DNA from: Bacteroidota bacterium
Lineage (GTDB): Bacteria; Bacteroidota; Ignavibacteria; UBA10030; JAZGDE01
Assembly (NCBI GenBank): GCA_036477295.1
Contig: JAZGDE010000046.1
Coordinates: 13,135-77,134 of the forward strand
Length of the DNA stretch: 64,000 bases
Direction of reading: 5' to 3'
Shown here: positions 53,731 to 63,739 of the stretch, piece by piece
Position numbering within the stretch: the stretch's first letter is position 1
Layout: the number at the start of each line of letters is the position of its first letter
Notes under the pieces: generated by a model
The model's input: the letters and a program-made list of their open reading frames with translations, nothing else
Database searches by the model: none
Told to the model about the DNA's origin: nothing
Program-made: the position numbers and the translations under genes

Positions 53731-54660
53731 ATGAAAGAGCGATCAGAGCTTTTCCAGGAATTGAAGAAGCTTGCGACGGAACAGCGGAATCCAGCATCTA
53801 TGGACATCGATGCCCGATCGGTACAGGAGATCCTCACGATCATCAACGGCGAGGACACGAAGGTGGCGATGGCTGTTGAAGCGGAAATTCCTTACATCGC
53901 AAAGGCGGTGGAGCTGGTGGTGGAGAGTTTTCAGAATGGTGGAAGGCTGCTCTACGTGGGCGCTGGAACAAGCGGTCGAGTGGGAATCGTGGACGCGGCT
54001 GAGTGTCCTCCGACCTTCGGGACCGATCCAGAGATGGTCCAGGGGATTATTGCTGGAGGGGAGAAGGCCGTGTTTCGGGCACAGGAGGGAGCTGAGGATG
54101 ATGAAGGTTCCGGTGTGCGGGATCTTGAAGGTCGAAACGTGACCTCGAAGGATGTGGTCTGTGGAGTTGCGGCCAGTCGGATGACGCCATATGTCGTGGC
54201 AGCTGTGAGAGGGGCGAAAAGACTCGGGGCGAGGACGATCTTCATCACGACGAACCCTCGATCGGAGTTCAATTACGATTTTGTGGACGTGGCTATATGC
54301 CCGGAGGTCGGACCTGAGGTGATCATGGGATCGACGCGGATGAAGTCGGGGACGGCGCAGAAGCTGGTTCTCAATATGATCACGACGACGGCGATGATCA
54401 AGCTCGGCAAGGTGTACGAGAACATGATGATCGACCTGCAGATGAACAGCCGCAAACTCGAGGAGCGTGCAAAAGGTGTCGTGATGACGATAACAGGCGT
54501 GTCATATGAGGAGGCCGCGCGGGTCCTGCAGGGGGCGGGCGGTCATGTGAAAAAAGCTCTGGTGATGACCCGGGCTGGTGTGTCAGCGGCGGAGGCAGAA
54601 AAGCGACTAAAAAAGTCTCAGGGATTTGTGCGTGCGGCGATCGAAGGAAATTTTTCGTAG
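53731..54660 (+). CDS. murQ: N-acetylmuramic acid 6-phosphate etherase
   Basis: 309 aa SIS-domain protein. GAGTSGR, MurQ-specific blocks. Confidence 0.8.
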   Translation: MKERSELFQELKKLATEQRNPASMDIDARSVQEILTIINGEDTKVAMAVEAEIPYIAKAVELVVESFQNGGRLLYVGAGTSGRVGIVDAAECPPTFGTDPEMVQGIIAGGEKAVFRAQEGAEDDEGSGVRDLEGRNVTSKDVVCGVAASRMTPYVVAAVRGAKRLGARTIFITTNPRSEFNYDFVDVAICPEVGPEVIMGSTRMKSGTAQKLVLNMITTTAMIKLGKVYENMMIDLQMNSRKLEERAKGVVMTITGVSYEEAARVLQGAGGHVKKALVMTRAGVSAAEAEKRLKKSQGFVRAAIEGNFS

Positions 54661-54749
54661 GGACTGACCCTGAATTCCTCGTGGTGCGGCTAGATCGGGC
54701 TTCGATGGAGCGAGCCATCAGCTTCAATCTGGCCACTGATAATTCAATG

Positions 54750-55892
54750 TTAGACCAGAAACTTCCCGTTCTTCATGATCACCTCGTCTTCCTTCCCACT
54801 ATAGAGAAGCTTCACCTCCTTCACTTTGATCTTCGGCTGAACTGAGGGAACATAGACCCAATCGATGTGGACCACCCGCTTCGGATCGCTGAAGGCGCTC
54901 GGACCCGTGATTCCGCTGAAATGATCGCTGCGACCGAAGGCAATGTGCAGCCCGAGTTTCTCGTCCAGCAATGTGTTCCCGACTGCAGTTACCCCGAACT
55001 CACCAAGCACGCCGAGTCCGACTTCAGCAATGTTGCCGTAGGCAGGCTCCTCTTGAAGCATCCGAAGCTGTTTTTCTGATTCTGACCCCTTGCTGAGAAC
55101 GGCGATTGCACGATTCTGCTCGATCTTGAAGACGACGACTTCCTCTCCGAACTGAACAGGCAGTAGCCCCTCGCTTTGGCTTTGTTCCTTTTCCCCTTCG
55201 TTTGGGACAATGTAGGCTTCTCCGGACGGAAGATTTCCCGCGGTGCCGCGCTCACGGATGAGTCCACTGCTGGCATGCGCCGTGCGGAAACGAAGGTCAA
55301 AGGACGATGCATACTCCCTGCTTCCATCACTCAAGAGCACCTTGATGCCGACGGCATCGTCCAGTTTCCGTTTGAAGAACATCACGCGCTCGTGGACCTT
55401 CACGTAGTCCAAACCCAGAGCTGGGATCATCTCCCGGGAAAAACCGGGCAAGGTCGCGGCGCGAAACCCATACTGCCTCGCGAGGAGTTTAAGCGGCGCT
55501 GTAGCGGAGAACTCGGTTGGAGCGATGGCAATATCAGTTTGCGCGAGCACAGTGTTGAGGGGGCACGACCTGCCGGATGTTGCGAGTTTTTCGGCGTGCA
55601 GTTCCTCGCAAGATCCATCGTACTCATAGCAAAGTTCTGGCAGATCTGCGTTGTTACTTTCGACGTTCTCGTAGTAGAGAGTTTTGAGGTCTTGGAATCC
55701 AAGTTGGTTCTGAACGCTCGTGAGAGTGCGGTGCCACTCGTGTGCTATCATCCGTCGGTCTCTCCAGGCGGCGTTGTCCGGAGCGGCAGCGTTTGGAACA
55801 TCGACAAGGATCAAGAGTGTACGGTCGGCCTCGGTTGGAGCAAACACGGTGAAGATCAACCGCTCGAGCTCTTGAGGCGATAGATTATTCAT
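54750..55892 (-). CDS. M29-family aminopeptidase (AmpS/PepS-like)
   Basis: Start placed at MNNLSPQELERL. M29 motifs HIAFG...HIDWV near the C-terminus. Confidence 0.7.
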   Translation of the reverse strand: MNNLSPQELERLIFTVFAPTEADRTLLILVDVPNAAAPDNAAWRDRRMIAHEWHRTLTSVQNQLGFQDLKTLYYENVESNNADLPELCYEYDGSCEELHAEKLATSGRSCPLNTVLAQTDIAIAPTEFSATAPLKLLARQYGFRAATLPGFSREMIPALGLDYVKVHERVMFFKRKLDDAVGIKVLLSDGSREYASSFDLRFRTAHASSGLIRERGTAGNLPSGEAYIVPNEGEKEQSQSEGLLPVQFGEEVVVFKIEQNRAIAVLSKGSESEKQLRMLQEEPAYGNIAEVGLGVLGEFGVTAVGNTLLDEKLGLHIAFGRSDHFSGITGPSAFSDPKRVVHIDWVYVPSVQPKIKVKEVKLLYSGKEDEVIMKNGKFLV

Positions 55893-56844
55893 GTGAACCA
55901 GTCGGTGTGTTTCCGTACAGTTTTTGGGCGACGAGGCGTGTGAGTTCACGGATGCGATCCCGCTGGTACGGCATGACGTGGGCTCGTTCGTGCCAGATGA
56001 TTTCCTTTGGCTTCCTTGCTGCGTTGTAAAGAGATTCGATCGATTCCTTGGGAAAAAATTCATCGGCGGCGCTGCCGACGATCAGCACGGGTCTCGGCGC
56101 GAAGTCGTCAATATAATGAATCGGATCGTACCGGCCGAGCACGAGTCCGCCCAGCCATCCGGCAAACCAGGAGGGCACGAAGGTGCCAGATTTTTTCGCG
56201 TTTGTCTTGATGATCCGCCCGAGATTACCACCCGCTTCGATAACGACCAATCGGGAAAATCGCTGCTCGATGACTGCGACGGGGACGGCCGTGAAGACAC
56301 CGAAGCTGACCGCGATCATCGACACGTTCTGCCTGTCGATGATCGGTTTTTCGAGCAACCACTGCAAGCAAAACAGCGTTGAATAGATGCTCTCCGCCGC
56401 GCTTTTGCGAGCCTTGAACAGCTTGAGAAACCCACCCAGACCAGAGAAATCGAGCGATGAATCGAATGGGTAATCAATCGCCGCCACGATGAGACTGTCG
56501 TAACCTTCGATCATGCCAACGACGTTCTTGCCGGTCTCCAAACCGACCGTAAGATAGGCGAGCGGATACGGTGGACTGCCCACGCGTGGGATGCGCAGGC
56601 GTCCCCGAACGGTTCGTCCATTTTTTCCATGGAGCAGGAAATCGATCATAGCAGTCGTCCCGTCTACACGCACAGTCTCTTCACGCGCGTAGGTGACGCT
56701 ATAGTCGGCTTGGACAAACTTCCGCAGGTTGCGGGGCAGCTTGACCGCGTCTGCGAGTTGTGCGTTCGTGTGGATTACACTGGCATGGAGAACAAGAAGG
56801 GACGGTAAGAGCCAGAGCATCGTGAACGGTTTGAGCTCACGCAT
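55885..56844 (-). CDS. Secreted alpha/beta hydrolase (dienelactone hydrolase/esterase-like)
   Basis: Start at MRELKPFTMLWLLPSLLVLHA signal peptide. Nucleophile elbow-like AVSFG. Acid/His region near the C-terminus. Confidence 0.6.
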   Translation of the reverse strand: MRELKPFTMLWLLPSLLVLHASVIHTNAQLADAVKLPRNLRKFVQADYSVTYAREETVRVDGTTAMIDFLLHGKNGRTVRGRLRIPRVGSPPYPLAYLTVGLETGKNVVGMIEGYDSLIVAAIDYPFDSSLDFSGLGGFLKLFKARKSAAESIYSTLFCLQWLLEKPIIDRQNVSMIAVSFGVFTAVPVAVIEQRFSRLVVIEAGGNLGRIIKTNAKKSGTFVPSWFAGWLGGLVLGRYDPIHYIDDFAPRPVLIVGSAADEFFPKESIESLYNAARKPKEIIWHERAHVMPYQRDRIRELTRLVAQKLYGNTPTGSHE

Positions 56845-57093
56845 AAAACCAATACCTGCGGGTGAGGTGATCGTCAGTCGGATGAAACCGATGAGGTGTG
56901 GAATGAACTTGCACAGAGACGCTGCGTTCGGAAACGAGGGTTCCATTGTCCGGTCTCAGCTGCGCTGCTGGGTGCCACTTCAAGCTTGTCCAGTACTGAA
57001 TGGGCTTTGTAGTTCTGTCCCCTGAGCTACCCACTTGAGCGGTGTTGATCTCCAGCATCTTGGAAAGGGCGGGCTCGCTGTTGGGCGTAACGG

Positions 57094-57261
57094 TTAACTT
57101 TTCTTGCTGGTAATGACCCCGCCGACGGACATGACGGGTTTGATGTTCTTGGAGCTGCACTTGGGGCACTGAACCCCCTGCATCTTATCATGTTCAGCAA
57201 CGGAGAGGTGCAGCTCGAAGACATGCCCGCAGTCGGCGCATTTGAAGTCATAGTCCGGCAT
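57094..57261 (-). CDS. FmdB-family zinc-ribbon protein
   Basis: 55 aa, below the ORF-track size cut-off. Manual translation MPDYDFKCADCGHVFELHLSVAEHDKMQGVQCPKCSSKNIKPV... gives the CxxC...CxxC FmdB pattern. Confidence 0.7.
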   Translation of the reverse strand: MPDYDFKCADCGHVFELHLSVAEHDKMQGVQCPKCSSKNIKPVMSVGGVITSKKS

Positions 57262-57398
57262 GGTCGTTCCTCCTACTCAGCGAAAGCTATCCTGGGGGCA
57301 AGGCGAAAAAACCTATATAAATAATATAGACGTAGCAGGTAATAGTTTCAAGTTACAGCAGAACTGATCACTGGATCAGTCTTTGGTCTGGCACTGCG

Positions 57399-59468
57399 TT
57401 ACTTGCCTTTCAGCACAGCAACCGCTCTCTCGGCGGCTTCAAGTAATGGCTTGGTCGAAATCGGAGAACCCACAGCCTGCTCCATCCACAGATCTGGTGT
57501 GATCGATCCAATCATGCACATCCTTTCCATTGCTTCCGCCAGGCTGTGTTTCTTCATATGCTCTTCGATCTGGAACGCGATGATATGACCAAGGGGATAA
57601 TCCGGAGTGTACATTCCTCCATCCACCATGTGGGAGTAGACGGCGAGGAGCAGAACGTCGCGGACTCCGAGGACGGGGGCGAAATACTCGTTCCAGACAT
57701 CCTTTGCAATCGCGATAACTGCCTCACGCATCTCTGCAGGAGTTGCGTCGGGGTGTTCATACATCCAGCGCCATACCTTCATGTCGACGAGGGCAACGCC
57801 GCCGATTTCGTAGGTGGACCATAGTACGTCGAGTGCTTTGAGGTGCTCTGCATGTTGCTGTTCTTTTCCGACCCCGAGAATTTCAAGGTCGCGCGATTGG
57901 AAAACGAACGCGAAGCCCTCCGTGAACGCTGTGTTCGGGACACCGCGCAGGAGAGTGTAATCGATCATGTTGAAGGAGATCACCTGCTCCACGTTGTGAC
58001 CGAGCTCATGGATGGCGATGTTGTACCCTTTGTAGTTCATCCCGCTTTGCGGGATCCGCGTTCGGAGGCGCGCTTTGTCGACGAGTCTTCCTGGTCGATA
58101 AGCGTGTCCAGCGCCGCGCGCTGGGTCGACGGCAATTTTCGACGTGAGAAATTGGCTCTTTTGCCTTGAAAAGCCAAGGTTCTTGAGAATGTTGGGTATA
58201 TCCGTCTGAAACGACGAGACGGTCGTGTAGCGCGACGCTACGATGCGGTCGAGTTCCTGTTCCGTGTACGCTCCACGAGGCTTGAATCCGTTGTACCAGA
58301 TGTCAAACGGTCGGAGTTCCCTGCCGAGGCGCTTTTTGATGATTGCGGCAACTTGTTTGACGACGGGAGAGTCGAGAACTGACCTCAGTAGCTGCTCGAC
58401 TTTTGGTTCCGGAATCTCACGATCGCGCTGGAATCGCCGGTCGATTTTTGTTGGCGCGTCCGGATCGTAAGCGTCGACCTCCCGTTCGGCCTTGAAGGTA
58501 TTCTGCCACATCGTGTAGCGGCGGTCAGGCTCGCGTTCGCTCGTACGCGTCCTTCCTGACCTCAACGTGACGATGTTCGAACTTGGATTCCAGTTGACGT
58601 CTGGGTTATTAATGACGACTGAGGGGATTTGCTGAGTGATGATTCTCTCCATGATGAGTTGAATCATCTCCTGGTGTGGGAGTCCGTCCTTGTTCGCGTA
58701 CTGAGCCTTGAGCTCATCCCGCAACCCCCAGTGACTGATGAGTTTCAATCCTTCAGGGAACAACCGCTCGCCGTTCTCCGTGAGCACATTATGCATGAAG
58801 ATGTTGTAGGAGTTAATGTAATTGTCCGCGTTTGTATATGCCTGCGTCACTTTTTGTTCGACCGCCGCCGGAACGCGGGTGGAGAAAATTTGCGCGAGTC
58901 TTGTTTCCGCCCACTCCTGACGAGTCCACGACGGAGCGAGGGTAAGGCGCTCTTCGAGGGTGTAGAACGGGAAGTTCAGGAGGACGATGAAGGCGATCTT
59001 CGATTTGAAGAGATCCTCGCTCAGGTGAGCTGATGGTGAAAACTCTCCGAACAGATAATCGACGGGGAGAATGGGTCCGAGGTCGAGGTCAAGGGGTCTG
59101 TCGATGTCGCGCTTTAATTCCAGCATGTGTCCATAGACGAGCATCCAGTTCTCTTGTAATCGGTTGAACGTTTTCCGGAGCAGCTGCGGGTCTGCAATGA
59201 AATTGTCACGGCAGAACTCTCCGAAGTTTTCCTCGCTGCCGTCTTCAGCGCGCCACAGTCGCGCAACCTGTCGGACTCCTTTCTCGATTCGGCTTGCTTG
59301 AGACGGTCCGTAGCGGCTGATGAGTTCGCTCGTGACAGTTTGCATGGTTCCCTCGCTGATTGACTCCAAAGCATTCTGCGGAAAACTCTCCGTCGATATC
59401 AGGATAGCGATAGTGATCGTGCACAGTGCGAAACGTGTCGTCTTTGGACCGGTCGGGTGAAGAGACAT
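57399..59468 (-). CDS. Secreted HExxH zinc-metallopeptidase-like protein (gluzincin-like; family uncertain)
   Basis: 689 aa with signal peptide. Single HELGHNV motif with a downstream Glu (TEGFAF) about 28 residues later. Confidence 0.55.
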   Translation of the reverse strand: MSLHPTGPKTTRFALCTITIAILISTESFPQNALESISEGTMQTVTSELISRYGPSQASRIEKGVRQVARLWRAEDGSEENFGEFCRDNFIADPQLLRKTFNRLQENWMLVYGHMLELKRDIDRPLDLDLGPILPVDYLFGEFSPSAHLSEDLFKSKIAFIVLLNFPFYTLEERLTLAPSWTRQEWAETRLAQIFSTRVPAAVEQKVTQAYTNADNYINSYNIFMHNVLTENGERLFPEGLKLISHWGLRDELKAQYANKDGLPHQEMIQLIMERIITQQIPSVVINNPDVNWNPSSNIVTLRSGRTRTSEREPDRRYTMWQNTFKAEREVDAYDPDAPTKIDRRFQRDREIPEPKVEQLLRSVLDSPVVKQVAAIIKKRLGRELRPFDIWYNGFKPRGAYTEQELDRIVASRYTTVSSFQTDIPNILKNLGFSRQKSQFLTSKIAVDPARGAGHAYRPGRLVDKARLRTRIPQSGMNYKGYNIAIHELGHNVEQVISFNMIDYTLLRGVPNTAFTEGFAFVFQSRDLEILGVGKEQQHAEHLKALDVLWSTYEIGGVALVDMKVWRWMYEHPDATPAEMREAVIAIAKDVWNEYFAPVLGVRDVLLLAVYSHMVDGGMYTPDYPLGHIIAFQIEEHMKKHSLAEAMERMCMIGSITPDLWMEQAVGSPISTKPLLEAAERAVAVLKGK

Positions 59469-59741
59469 TATAAGCCTCCCGTGAGTGAGACAATCCAGTG
59501 AGTGTGGCCAAACGCTAAAGAAAAGGAATCGCAGCCTGAAGCGGCCAATCGATGCAACTGAACGTGGGCTAACGTAATAATATACAACTGCGTGCTTTGA
59601 CAGTCAAGAATCATTATCGTTTTCGCTCATCGTCAGCGCGTAGTAAGCGTGTGAATACGATTCTTCTTGAGTTTGATGATGACATCGTATAGATTTTGTT
59701 CCCAAATGGAGAGCATAGAACGAAACGGGAGGTAATAAATA

Positions 59742-60626
59742 ATGAAAAGAAACAACGTGGTCAAAATGCCGTTGCTGGGGTGTTCGCTTCTCTTCGTCGC
59801 AACACAATCAGCTTTTGCTCAACAGAGCCAATCTCCCATTAACTACTGGAATCCTGCCTGGTCGCCTGATAGCTCTCGGATTATGTTCGCGTCAAGTCTG
59901 GACGGTGATGGTGTCCTCGATCTCTACATCATGAACGCTGACGGTTCCGAGACTACTCGGTTAGAGGATAAGGCTCAGCAAGGCTCTTGGTCACCTGATG
60001 GTTCGAAGATCGTTTTCATGTCTGAGGCGGATGGTGACTTCGAAATCTACGTCATGGACGCCGATGGCTCCAATCGGATCAATTTAACCAACAATTCTGA
60101 AGTAGATTATGGCCCTGCTTGGTCTCCTGATGGCAAGAAGATTATTTTCCAATGGAAGCCTGGGCCAGGCAGGTACAATCACGATCTGCGCATCGTGAAT
60201 GCGGATGGCTCAAATCTCATACATTTAACTGACCAAACGACGAATGATGTATTTCCATCCTGGTCACCAGATGGGAAACACATTGCTTTTGCGAGGGGTG
60301 AATGGCGCAAATTCCACCTGTATCTTATGGATACTGACGGGTCCAACGTAACTCACTTAATTGATAACGCGGACACCCCTCGCTGGTCACCAGATGGCAC
60401 TAAAATCGTTTTCAGATTAAAGAGGAAACGCAATGCTGACATTTATGCCATAGACGCGGACGGTTCGAACTTGACTCGCTTAACCCACGATCCAGGTCCT
60501 GATTCCACGCCGGTTTGGTCCCCTGACGGGAACGAGATCACGTTTGTTTCTAGAAGAGAAGATGTCTGGGGCATTTTTGTCATGAATGCGGATGGCACTG
60601 ACCAAACTAGACTAACCCCAAAGTAG
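59742..60626 (+). CDS. TolB-like PD40 beta-propeller repeat protein, secreted
   Basis: 294 aa. Signal peptide, about six WSPDG(S/K/T)KI(V/I)F PD40 repeats. Lower GC than surrounding genes. Confidence 0.75.
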   Translation: MKRNNVVKMPLLGCSLLFVATQSAFAQQSQSPINYWNPAWSPDSSRIMFASSLDGDGVLDLYIMNADGSETTRLEDKAQQGSWSPDGSKIVFMSEADGDFEIYVMDADGSNRINLTNNSEVDYGPAWSPDGKKIIFQWKPGPGRYNHDLRIVNADGSNLIHLTDQTTNDVFPSWSPDGKHIAFARGEWRKFHLYLMDTDGSNVTHLIDNADTPRWSPDGTKIVFRLKRKRNADIYAIDADGSNLTRLTHDPGPDSTPVWSPDGNEITFVSRREDVWGIFVMNADGTDQTRLTPK

Positions 60627-60994
60627 ATACGGAGAGCTCTTCAACTCCACAGTTGGGAAGAGGTTTCACAGCCTGAGCATGATGGGAGGTAGGACGAAAT
60701 GGAATCGTGGTCGACATCCGGTTGTTCGAGAGACGTCAGAGTGATCCTTTTTTCATTTTAACACAACGGATCTTTCTTTCCAGATGGGTGAGCGTTTGAA
60801 GTACTCTTAAATTACGCATTTCATTAGATCGTCGTCTCAACGATATACGAAGCGCGACACAGTGATAAAATAGATTGACTTTCTGTGTAGAACAGCAGAA
60901 CATTTTCAGCTTATTTAATGTAAATTATCAGTTTGGAGAAGCTGTTGAATCGGAGAAAAAACCGTCTGCAGTGAGTCTTATGGAATTCTTCAGG

Positions 60995-61828
60995 TTACTC
61001 TTTTCCTTTTTCTGCGGTGACCGTTATGCTAACAACGGATCGAAGGTTCCTTTCCACCTCCTCCATCGGTATGTTCAGGCTCTCGAGGATCCTGTGGAGA
61101 GTTGGATCGTTGACGCTTGACTCAGCGGGAAATGGTTTCTCATCGAGTATTTTGATCTCATGGAAGCCCGCTTTTCTTATCGCTCCGACATAGTGGTCCT
61201 TTAGCATTGCCCCTGAGATGCACCCAACATATGCGTCGAGCGAGTCCCGTATGAAATTGGGAAGCTCTTTCATCAGTACAATGTCAGATACCATCAGCTT
61301 CCCTTGAGGTTTAAGAACCCTGAATGCCTCTTGGAAGACTCTTGTCTTGTCAGGGGAAAGGTTGATGACGCAGTTCGAGATGATCACGTCTACGGAATCA
61401 TCAGCAACAGGTAAGTTTTCAATCTCCCCAAGCCGAAAGTCTACGTTTTTGAAGCTTCCCTTCCGGGCATTTTCTCTTGCCCTGTCAAGCATCTCCGGTG
61501 TCATATCCACACCTATGACTTTTCCCTTCTTTCCGACCTTGTTGGCGGCGAGGAAACAATCGAAACCGCCTCCTGCCCCGAGGTCGAGAACCGTTTCGCC
61601 TTCTCGCAACGATGCCAGAGCGGTAGGATTCCCACAACCGAGTCCAAGGTTTGCCCCCTCGGGAACAGATTTCAGCTCCTCATCCGTATATCCGATCCTC
61701 CTGGTAATATCCTCTCCAAGGTCCGAGCTCTCACAGCAGGAGCTCGCAGGAGCAAAGTAAGAGCTGCCCTTTTGTGCTATTTTTGCGTAGCCTTCTCTTA
61801 CGACTTTGGTGATCTCTTGTTCTTTCAT
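60995..61828 (-). CDS. arsM: Arsenite S-adenosylmethionine methyltransferase (ArsM-type)
   Basis: 277 aa. N-terminal SCCES As-binding cysteines, SAM motif VLDLGAGGGFD, conserved ISNCVINL cysteine. Confidence 0.75.
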   Translation of the reverse strand: MKEQEITKVVREGYAKIAQKGSSYFAPASSCCESSDLGEDITRRIGYTDEELKSVPEGANLGLGCGNPTALASLREGETVLDLGAGGGFDCFLAANKVGKKGKVIGVDMTPEMLDRARENARKGSFKNVDFRLGEIENLPVADDSVDVIISNCVINLSPDKTRVFQEAFRVLKPQGKLMVSDIVLMKELPNFIRDSLDAYVGCISGAMLKDHYVGAIRKAGFHEIKILDEKPFPAESSVNDPTLHRILESLNIPMEEVERNLRSVVSITVTAEKGKE

Positions 61829-61846
61829 TTTAATCCCCTGATTCTT

Positions 61847-62122
61847 TCAAAGAATACCTTTCATCACTGGCCCGAGCATCGCCTTCACCATTTCTGTAAG
61901 ATCTTCAACCTTAATGAGAGAAATACAGCATATCTTACCATCCTTCTCGCAACCGATCACAGCTAACTTATCGCCAGGGCGAATTTTTGCCATCTCTCTT
62001 ATCTCTTTGGGAAGCACCATCTGTCCCCGATCATCGACGGTGATTACTGATTCTACTTTACAGCAACCAAGTCCCCTTGCCGCCCTAACAGGACGACGTC
62101 GATTTGTACCTTTCTTGGCCAT
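61847..62122 (-). CDS. AbrB/MazE/SpoVT-fold small protein with two vicinal Cys pairs
   Basis: 91 aa. VDDRGQMVLPKEIREMAKIRPGDKL swapped-hairpin motif. Cys at GCCK, IGC, ICCI. Confidence 0.55.
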   Translation of the reverse strand: MAKKGTNRRRPVRAARGLGCCKVESVITVDDRGQMVLPKEIREMAKIRPGDKLAVIGCEKDGKICCISLIKVEDLTEMVKAMLGPVMKGIL

Positions 62123-62576
62123 GTTCGTAACCTCCAGGGGGGATGTTATTCGGGATATTTGTGCTTTTCTGAATAATCAGAATACACTGAATAATATACT
62201 TAATTGGAAAGATCTTGTCAAGTCTTTTCCAAGATTTTTTTTGCCCGTTCGCGTGGATCCCAGGAATGTTGTGGCCTGGTAAATTAAGGGCGAAAGGCCC
62301 GAAATGATGGCCGCAGGCGTGGGATGTCAGACCTACCGGATGTTGGTTGCGGTTCGTGGCTAGGGTGACGACAAGAAACCTTCCACATGCATACTGAGAA
62401 GTCCCGTTCGCCAGCATAGGTCGAGCGCTCGGAAGCACGGTCTTGCTCCTCGAGAGAGTGGATTTTCTAGAAGTCAGCCAGTGGTACCTTCCTTGCTATT
62501 CGCGGTGCAATCCGCTACTTTAGTGAACAGATCATGGTTCATTTGCTCATTTGACAAGTTCGAGAGCAGGTGTCAT

Positions 62577-63578
62577 GGCATGAAAGCGGTGTGGCTTGAC
62601 GGGCGTGGGCCAATCGAGAATGAACCACTGTGCTACCGAGAGGTTGAAGATCCGGTCCCCCGCGACGGCGAGATTTTGATCAAGATCAAGGCTTGTGGAA
62701 TCTGTCACACGGACCTCCACATCGTCGAGGGTGAACTCCCTCCACAAAAATCTCCTGTCATTCCTGGCCACCAAATTGTCGGTGAGGTGGCGAAAACCGG
62801 TCCGGAAGCTTCAAGATTTCAGACTGGCGATCGTGTTGGGGTGCCCTGGCTTCACTGGACATGCGGCAAGTGCGGATACTGCACGCGCGGCTTGGAGAAT
62901 CTTTGCGAGAACGCCCGCTTCACCGGATACCATGTCGATGGCGGATTCGCCCAGTATGCTGTCGCGCCAGAGTCGTTCGTGTATGCCATTCCCGAGAAGT
63001 TTTCCGATGTCGAAGCTGCACCGCTGCTGTGTGCTGGCATCATCGGATTCCGAGCACTCCGACTGTGCGAGATTCGACCCGGAGATCGGCTGGGGTTGTT
63101 TGGCTTTGGGGCGTCGGCACACCTGGCCATTCAGGTTGCGCGGCATTGGGGCTGCGAAGTCTACGTGTTCACGAGAAGCGACGAACACCGGAAGCTCGCA
63201 CAGGAGCTTGGGGCAGCGTGGACGGGTCGGGCCGAGGATCGTGCGCCGCATCCGGTCGACAGTGCTGTGATGTTTGCACCGGCGGGCCACCTTGTGCACC
63301 ATGCGCTTCAGGCACTCCGAAAAGGTGGGACTCTCGCCCTGGCTGGTATTTATATGACGCCGGTTCCCGAACTTGAGTACAAACTCCTCTATGACGAGAG
63401 GACCATGCGCAGCGTTGCGAACAGCACCCGGCAGGACGCGATTGATTTCCTGAAGGTTGCAGCGGAAATCCCGGTTTGCACAGAGGTGGAGACGTTCCCG
63501 CTCAAGGAAGCAAATCGAGTCCTGAGGCTTTTGAAACAGAGCAAGATTCGGGCCGCGGGAGTCTTTGAGATCGGATAA
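62577..63578 (+). CDS. Zinc-dependent NAD(P) alcohol dehydrogenase
   Basis: Start at MKAVWLDGRG. GICHTDLH catalytic Zn site, structural Zn CGKCGYC, Rossmann GFGASAHLAIQ. Confidence 0.8.
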   Translation, partial: GMKAVWLDGRGPIENEPLCYREVEDPVPRDGEILIKIKACGICHTDLHIVEGELPPQKSPVIPGHQIVGEVAKTGPEASRFQTGDRVGVPWLHWTCGKCGYCTRGLENLCENARFTGYHVDGGFAQYAVAPESFVYAIPEKFSDVEAAPLLCAGIIGFRALRLCEIRPGDRLGLFGFGASAHLAIQVARHWGCEVYVFTRSDEHRKLAQELGAAWTGRAEDRAPHPVDSAVMFAPAGHLVHHALQALRKGGTLALAGIYMTPVPELEYKLLYDERTMRSVANSTRQDAIDFLKVAAEIPVCTEVETFPLKEANRVLRLLKQSKIRAAGVFEIG

Positions 63579-63739
63579 TTATTTAATTCCCCTGTAGATA
63601 CAGCCAATCCTGCGTAGAAGCGGGTCCCCTGACCCGCCTCCTAGCCTAGCACCGATTAGGGGATCCCGAATTCTGTACGAGACCGTAGGTCGTCGGGGGG
63701 GGTCGGTTACTACGGCCTCAACTCGATTTTCAGAAAATC

